A DNA stretch of 31,481 bases, from NCBI GenBank assembly GCA_964244895.1, contig CAXTKV010000004.1, positions 1 through 31,481 on the forward strand. The letters run 5' to 3'. Under the pieces are notes generated by a model that was not told the DNA's origin, searched no databases, and was given only the letters and a program-made list of their open reading frames with translations. Numbering within the stretch: position 1 is the first letter of the stretch; each line of letters begins with the position of its first letter. Origin of the DNA: an uncultured Deinococcales bacterium. Its GTDB lineage: Bacteria > Deinococcota > Deinococci > Deinococcales > JAAFIG01. Positions 26,753 through 31,481 of this stretch are shown in pieces. The position numbers were made by a program, and so were the translations under genes.

Positions 26753-28651
26753 TCAATTCTCGGCCAGCACGATGATCCGGTCGGCGGGCTTGAAGCTGAC
26801 GCTCTGGGATTTGACCGGGTTGACGCGCACGCCGTAGGCGGCGCTGGCATCGTGGGCCTGATGCTGCAAGCGGTAACCGATGGCCACCTCGCCGCGCAGA
26901 CGGGCGGCTTCCAGAACCGTGTAGAAGTTGACGCTCTGTCCAGGTTTGACGTACTGATCGGCGGGCTTGAGGTACAGCTCAGAGCCGTCCGCGCTGAACA
27001 GGTAGCGGAACACGTCCGCCAGGCCCTTGTTCTCGCTGACCTGAGAGAGCATCAGGCTGATCAGTTTGTCGCTGACGATGAAATCGTCGGCCTTGGTGAC
27101 TTCGGCCAGTTCGCGGTTGCGGTTGTCCAGCATCTCGGAGACGACGGACAGATCTCGCCCGGAACGGTCCGCGATCTCGCGCAGGTGCAACAGCGTCACC
27201 AGCGTGCGCGCGTCGGCCTGCTGGGGCTCGAGGCTATCGCTGTAGGCCAGCACGATCACGTGGTTGAAGCGCGTCGGATCGAGCGCGTCCAGGGTGCGGC
27301 GGTCGGTGGTGTCGCCGCGCTGAAAGGTCACGGTCTGTTTCCGGTTCTGTTCGCCCTCGGTGATTCCCACGATTTCGCCCAGGTCGGCCACGACCGTCAG
27401 GCTGGAACCCGCCGCGACGTACTGCTCGAGTTCCTGCACGATCATCAGTCCGCGCCGGTTCCAGCCCAGGATCAGCGTGCGCTCCGGCGCGGCTTTCGGG
27501 ATGGGCGCCGTGACGATGGCGCTGGCGTCCAGGCTGGGCATCAGACCGGAGGCTTTGATCGTGTCGTCGTCCTCTGAGATCACGATCAGTTGGTCATCGG
27601 CGGCAATCACCGTCTCGCTGGGCGGGTTGAGCATGGCCGCGCCGTCGCGGAAGAGACCCATCACGCTCGAGGTCTCGAAATGAAAAACGGCATCCTGAAA
27701 GGTCTTGCCGACCAGCGCGGATTCACGGTGAAAATAGATCTCGTCGCCGCCGAAGTCCAGCAATTCCGTGTACACGACGCTCAACCCGGACTGACGGCAG
27801 GTCTGCACGGTGATCCGGGAGATCAGGTCGCCCGCCAGCACGAAGTGCGCTTCAGATTTGCCGACCAGCCTGGCGGCCTCGAGGTTCCGCTCGTCGCGCA
27901 CCTCGGCCACGATGTGGTACGGCTCCGCGCGGCGGCGCGGGTTGTTGGTGATCGCCAGCACCGTCTTGATCACGTGCGAATCCGGGTCATCCACCTCCGG
28001 AGCCAGCACGATGATCGATTTCGAGGCGTGCGGGTTCGCGATCTCGAGGTCAGTCAGGTCGATCGGGCTGCCCGAACGGCAGACGATTCGCGTGCGACCC
28101 GTCGCCCCGATGCGTCCTCGGATCTCGTCTTCCATCTCGACCTTGTCGCGGTCGGCCAGCACCACGATGGCGGCCCGGCGTTGGTTGGCGTTGGCCAGCA
28201 CCAGCTCGGAAAGGATAGAGAAAATCTGCGGCGACCAGCCCAGGATCAGCGTGTGGTTCCGTTCGATCACGAAGCTGCGGCCCTTGCGCATGTCGTCCAG
28301 CTTCGATTCCAGGCCGCTCGAGATGATGCCGATCAGACTGCTGACCACGAAAATACCGCCGACGGTCACGGCCAGCATGGCGAACAAAAACGGCCAGCCG
28401 CCCGTGTCGCCGCCCATCGTGCCGGAATCCAGGGTTCGCATCAAGCCCATCCACAGCAGTTGCGGGAAGTTCGGTCTGGCACCGCTGTCGTCCACGGCGG
28501 GTGCCAACCCCAGCACGGTCACGATCAGCGCGATGGCGACGATGATCAGGGCTGAAAGCAAAAACAACCAGGCGATCATGGCCACCGGGCCGCGCGCCAT
28601 GATGTTGTCGAAGGTGTAGCGCCAGCGATCCTGCCAGGTGATTCGTCGCAT
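26753..28651 (-). CDS. CASTOR/POLLUX-related putative ion channel (TM pore plus two RCK domains)
   Basis: RYTFDNIMARG, pore segment MRTLDSGTMGGD, KGRSFVIERNHTLILGW, CRQSGLSVVYTELLDFGGDEIYF, ADDFIVS, GSELYLKP. RBS AGGAG precedes ATG 28651. Confidence 0.88.
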   Translation of the reverse strand: MRRITWQDRWRYTFDNIMARGPVAMIAWLFLLSALIIVAIALIVTVLGLAPAVDDSGARPNFPQLLWMGLMRTLDSGTMGGDTGGWPFLFAMLAVTVGGIFVVSSLIGIISSGLESKLDDMRKGRSFVIERNHTLILGWSPQIFSILSELVLANANQRRAAIVVLADRDKVEMEDEIRGRIGATGRTRIVCRSGSPIDLTDLEIANPHASKSIIVLAPEVDDPDSHVIKTVLAITNNPRRRAEPYHIVAEVRDERNLEAARLVGKSEAHFVLAGDLISRITVQTCRQSGLSVVYTELLDFGGDEIYFHRESALVGKTFQDAVFHFETSSVMGLFRDGAAMLNPPSETVIAADDQLIVISEDDDTIKASGLMPSLDASAIVTAPIPKAAPERTLILGWNRRGLMIVQELEQYVAAGSSLTVVADLGEIVGITEGEQNRKQTVTFQRGDTTDRRTLDALDPTRFNHVIVLAYSDSLEPQQADARTLVTLLHLREIADRSGRDLSVVSEMLDNRNRELAEVTKADDFIVSDKLISLMLSQVSENKGLADVFRYLFSADGSELYLKPADQYVKPGQSVNFYTVLEAARLRGEVAIGYRLQHQAHDASAAYGVRVNPVKSQSVSFKPADRIIVLAEN

Positions 28652-28740
28652 CGGGGCTCCTCGTGAACTGTGATTTCCGCGATGATCATACGGGCGCTGG
28701 CTCAAGGTCAGCTTCAAACACCGCGCCGGAATCCCCGGTC

Positions 28741-28785
28741 AGTGGTCAGCCTGAAGCTCGAGGCTCGAGCTTCGGGTTGACCGCT
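28741..28785 (+). other. Long stem-loop in the divergent intergenic region
   Basis: AGTGGTCAGCCTGAAGCTCGAG-G-CTCGAGCTTCGGGTTGACCGCT, 22-nt arms. All three deviations are G-U pairs on the + strand. Confidence 0.6.
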
Positions 28786-28789
28786 CGAG

Positions 28790-28845
28790 AAGACCGTGCG
28801 GGACAGCTTTTCTTGGCTTCAGTAAACACCGTCTGAGACGGTCTA
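28790..28845. repeat. Paired palindrome, 56-bp class (a further degenerate unit starts near 28868)
   Basis: AAGACCGTGCGGGACAGCTTT-N14-AACACCGTCTGAGACGGTCTA. Confidence 0.8.
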
Positions 28846-29053
28846 TTCGTGCAGTCGTGCAGGCGTGAGAGCCGTCCAAGACGCGTCAGGTGACCGGAAT
28901 CCACGGACGGCGCATCGGGCCCCTGTTAAGCTACTCGGGAACGATTTCCCATCGCTGCCCGTATCATGGGCTCGAGCCACACCGATTCGAGCGCATCGCG
29001 CCAGGATCGAACCCAGGGTCGCCGCGCCCGAGGGATTCTTCAAGGAGGAAAGC

Positions 29054-30403
29054 GTGATTCAAGTCAGCCTCACCCCGCATCGCGGGTTCCTGCGCGCCTC
29101 GCCGGAAGGCAGCACGGAGACGCAAAAGCTGTTCTTGCTGGCGCAACTCACGCCGCAGATCACGACGCGCGCACCGCTCGCGTTGACCTTCATCGTGGAC
29201 ACGTCAGGTTCCATGCGCGAGAAAGTTCAGGGCGGGCGCAACAAGCTCGAACTGGTCGTGAACGCGCTCACCAGCCTGATTCAGTCCCCGGCGCTGGGCG
29301 ATCAGGATCAGGTCTCGATCGTGCAGTTCGACGACGACGCCAGCACGCTCTGCGCACCGACCCACGACAAGGCTCAGCTCTTGCAGGCCATCGAAAACTT
29401 GCGGCGTCACTCGGGCGGCACGATGATGGGCCTGGGCATGCTCGAGGCGTTGCAGCACGTGTCCTCCGGCAGCGCCAACCGCCGCGTGATGCTCTTGACG
29501 GACGGCGCGACCTTCGACGAGGACGCCTGCCGTGCGGTCACGGGAACCTACGTGGCTCAGAACACGGCCATCACCAGCATCGGTGTCGGCGACGAATTCA
29601 ACGAGGATCTGATGGGCGAGATCAGCGACCGCACGGGTGGGCGCGTGATTCACGTCGTGGCCCAGAACGCCAACCCGCCCGCCAGCGTGCTGGCCAACGA
29701 CCTGCCGCAAGTGCTTTCCAGCGAATTCGCGCGCGCGGCCAGCGAAGTCATCACCAACCTGGAAATCACCATGCGCGGCGTCAAGGGCGTCAGCCTGGAT
29801 CGCGTCACGCGCGTCTACCCGTTCCTGTCCGAATCCGAATTGCAACGCTTCGAGGGCGGCGCGCGCGCCAAGGGCGGCAACCTCGAGGCCAAAGACCAGA
29901 CGGCCTTCTTGCTCGAGCTGACCTTGCCGCCGCGCCCACCGGCGCGCGTCCGCATCGCGCAGGTCGGCTTGACCTTCGACGTGCCCGGCGAGGGCACGCG
30001 CGGCGAGATTCCGCCCGTGGACGTGGTGGTCGAATTCACCTTCGACGAGAACCTGACCGCGCAGGTCAACCCGACCGTGATGGGCTACGTCCAGCAGCGC
30101 AACCTCGAAGGTCTGGTCAAGCAGGCCGCCGAGGAATCCAAATCCAACCCTCAGCAGGCCGCCAAGACCATCGAGATCGCGCGCGCCATGACGGTGCGCC
30201 TGGGCAACACCGCCATGACGGTCGCGCTCGACCAGGCCAAATCGGAACTCGAGACCAACAAGACCATTCAGGCGGGCACGGCCAAAACCATCAAGATCGG
30301 CGCAAAAACCCAGACCATCAAGGTCGGTGGCGACGCCGGGCCGGACGCTACGGGTTCCGGCTTGCCCAGCGACGAGGAGATTCGCCGCATCACGGGCGCG
30401 TAA
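29054..30403 (+). CDS. vWA domain protein (YfbK/Ca-activated chloride channel-like)
   Basis: MIDAS elements DTSGSM, GGTMMG, LLTDG, IGVGDEFNEDL. AAGGAGG precedes GTG 29054. Confidence 0.9.
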   Translation: MIQVSLTPHRGFLRASPEGSTETQKLFLLAQLTPQITTRAPLALTFIVDTSGSMREKVQGGRNKLELVVNALTSLIQSPALGDQDQVSIVQFDDDASTLCAPTHDKAQLLQAIENLRRHSGGTMMGLGMLEALQHVSSGSANRRVMLLTDGATFDEDACRAVTGTYVAQNTAITSIGVGDEFNEDLMGEISDRTGGRVIHVVAQNANPPASVLANDLPQVLSSEFARAASEVITNLEITMRGVKGVSLDRVTRVYPFLSESELQRFEGGARAKGGNLEAKDQTAFLLELTLPPRPPARVRIAQVGLTFDVPGEGTRGEIPPVDVVVEFTFDENLTAQVNPTVMGYVQQRNLEGLVKQAAEESKSNPQQAAKTIEIARAMTVRLGNTAMTVALDQAKSELETNKTIQAGTAKTIKIGAKTQTIKVGGDAGPDATGSGLPSDEEIRRITGA

Positions 30404-30474
30404 GCGTTCTGCCGAGCCCGAGGGTTGCTCGAGCCATTTCAGAATCCGCTTTTCACATCACTCAGGAGGCCAGA

Positions 30475-31305
30475 ATGATCGTTTGTCACGTCTGCGGAAC
30501 CGAGAACGCCGATTCCAACAAGTACTGCGAGGGTTGCGGTGTCGAATTGCAGGCCGCCGCACCCATCGCAGCGGCCAGCCCGAGCCCGGAAGCTGCCGCG
30601 CCCGCGAGCGCGGCACCCGCGACCCCGGAAGTGACCCCTGCCCCGGTCGAGGCAGCGCCCCACAGCGACGTGGTTCCGACCGTCGGCACGACCATCCAGG
30701 GCTCTCAGACGATGGACGAGATCCTGGCCGCCAGCGCTGCGAGCACCGCCAGCACCAGCGCTGCCCCGGTCGAGACGCCCGAACTCGCGCCGTTGCCGGA
30801 GAGCGCCGCCGCAACCGCAGCCCCCGCAACGACACCGACCGCATCGCCGGAGGCCGCATCCGTCGCAGAAGTGGCGGCGCCAGTCGTACCGACCCCGACC
30901 CCGACACCAATCCCGTCTCCGATCGCGACCGCACCCGTCAGCTCGGGCAACCCGGTCAGTGCGCGCTTGATCCCGCGCCAGTTCGGGGCGCTCACCAACG
31001 CGCAATTCCCGTTGAACGGCGACCGCCTGGTGGTCGGGCGTTTCGATCCCTCGACCGGCCCGGTGGACATCGACCTGACGGGCTTGCCCGGCGACAGCCA
31101 CGTCTCGAGGCGTCACGGCGAGATGTTCCTGGAGGCGGGCAAATGGATGGTGCGCGACCTGGGCAGCACCAACGGCATTTACGTCAAGCGCGCCGGTGAG
31201 GACAAGTTCGGCCCGCGTTTGCAGGCTCCGGCCAGCGTCGGGAACGGTGACGAGATCGCCTTCGGTAACGTGATGTTCGTTTACCGCGACGGTCCCGAGG
31301 CGTGA
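30475..31305 (+). CDS. Zinc-ribbon + Ala/Pro/Thr-rich linker + FHA domain protein
   Basis: CHVCG..CEGCG at the N terminus; FHA motifs VGRFD, VSRRHG, DLGSTNG, GDEIAFG. AGGAGG precedes ATG 30475. Confidence 0.92.
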   Translation: MIVCHVCGTENADSNKYCEGCGVELQAAAPIAAASPSPEAAAPASAAPATPEVTPAPVEAAPHSDVVPTVGTTIQGSQTMDEILAASAASTASTSAAPVETPELAPLPESAAATAAPATTPTASPEAASVAEVAAPVVPTPTPTPIPSPIATAPVSSGNPVSARLIPRQFGALTNAQFPLNGDRLVVGRFDPSTGPVDIDLTGLPGDSHVSRRHGEMFLEAGKWMVRDLGSTNGIYVKRAGEDKFGPRLQAPASVGNGDEIAFGNVMFVYRDGPEA

Positions 31306-31481
31306 ACGAACCGGCAAAACCCGATCAGGCGGAAAATCTGCCGACATTGGACTCCGCGCAGGCAGTGCCCGAATCGGACGGACACGAACCCGAAGTCCCG
31401 CAGGCTTCAGCACCCGAAGTTTCGCAGGCGTCCGCGCCCGAGGCTGCCTCGTCGACGGAACCCGTCCCGGTCAGCTCCGAC
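31302..31481 (+). CDS. 5' fragment of the next operon gene (low-complexity N terminus, truncated by the window edge)
   Basis: GTG overlaps the FHA gene stop (GTGA). Open for 60 codons: MNEPAKPDQAENLPTLDS...APEVSQASAPEA. Confidence 0.6.
   Translation, partial: MNEPAKPDQAENLPTLDSAQAVPESDGHEPEVPQASAPEVSQASAPEAASSTEPVPVSSD

Noticed and set aside
1854..28845. Palindromic repeats as a CRISPR array or integron attC sites
   Set aside because: They are dispersed singly or in pairs between ordinary genes, with no regular repeat-spacer array, no cas or integrase gene, and no consistent RYYYAAC/GTTRRRY cassette boundaries.
28966..30474. N-terminal 500 aa of the 779-aa ORF 28966..31305
   Set aside because: Arg-rich off-frame shadow of the vWA gene. 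The real FHA gene has its own AGGAGG and ATG at 30475, and I saw no slippery site suggesting a frameshift fusion.
30560..30940. Ala/Pro/Thr low-complexity stretch as a tandem DNA repeat
   Set aside because: No exact nucleotide periodicity beyond a short CCGACC run; explained as a protein linker.

Overview
GC-rich bacterial chromosomal window. It is probably Deinococcota, judging by a DUF3208-like gene and heavy CTCGAG iteration; this is an inference. Gene order: three short minus-strand genes (DUF3208-like, HAD phosphatase, hypothetical); glycogen phosphorylase; oligoendopeptidase F; tRNA-Val(CAC); a 10-gene MarR-headed catabolic cluster (aldehyde dehydrogenase, APC permease, glutamine-synthetase-like ligase, cytochrome P450, serine hydrolase, group II PLP decarboxylase, ADC-fold enzyme, FAH-family enzyme, extradiol dioxygenase); an orphan Wzz-like gene; 2-oxoacid:ferredoxin oxidoreductase alpha/beta; mgtE; DUF1345; a CASTOR/POLLUX-like channel; and the start of a vWA-FHA operon. 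Four non-coding or system-level signals stand out. (1) A 21-bp palindrome family (AACACCGTC-N3-GACGGTGTT) occupies about 15 intergenic loci, mostly as pairs separated by exactly 4 or 14 bp, a difference of one helical turn. (2) A Pro-rich leader ORF upstream of mgtE has its stop codon inside an anti-Shine-Dalgarno helix. (3) The catabolic cluster looks like an undescribed gamma-glutamylation/P450/meta-cleavage route for aromatic amines. (4) CTCGAG is about 10-fold over-represented. All calls were made by eye; no database searches were run.
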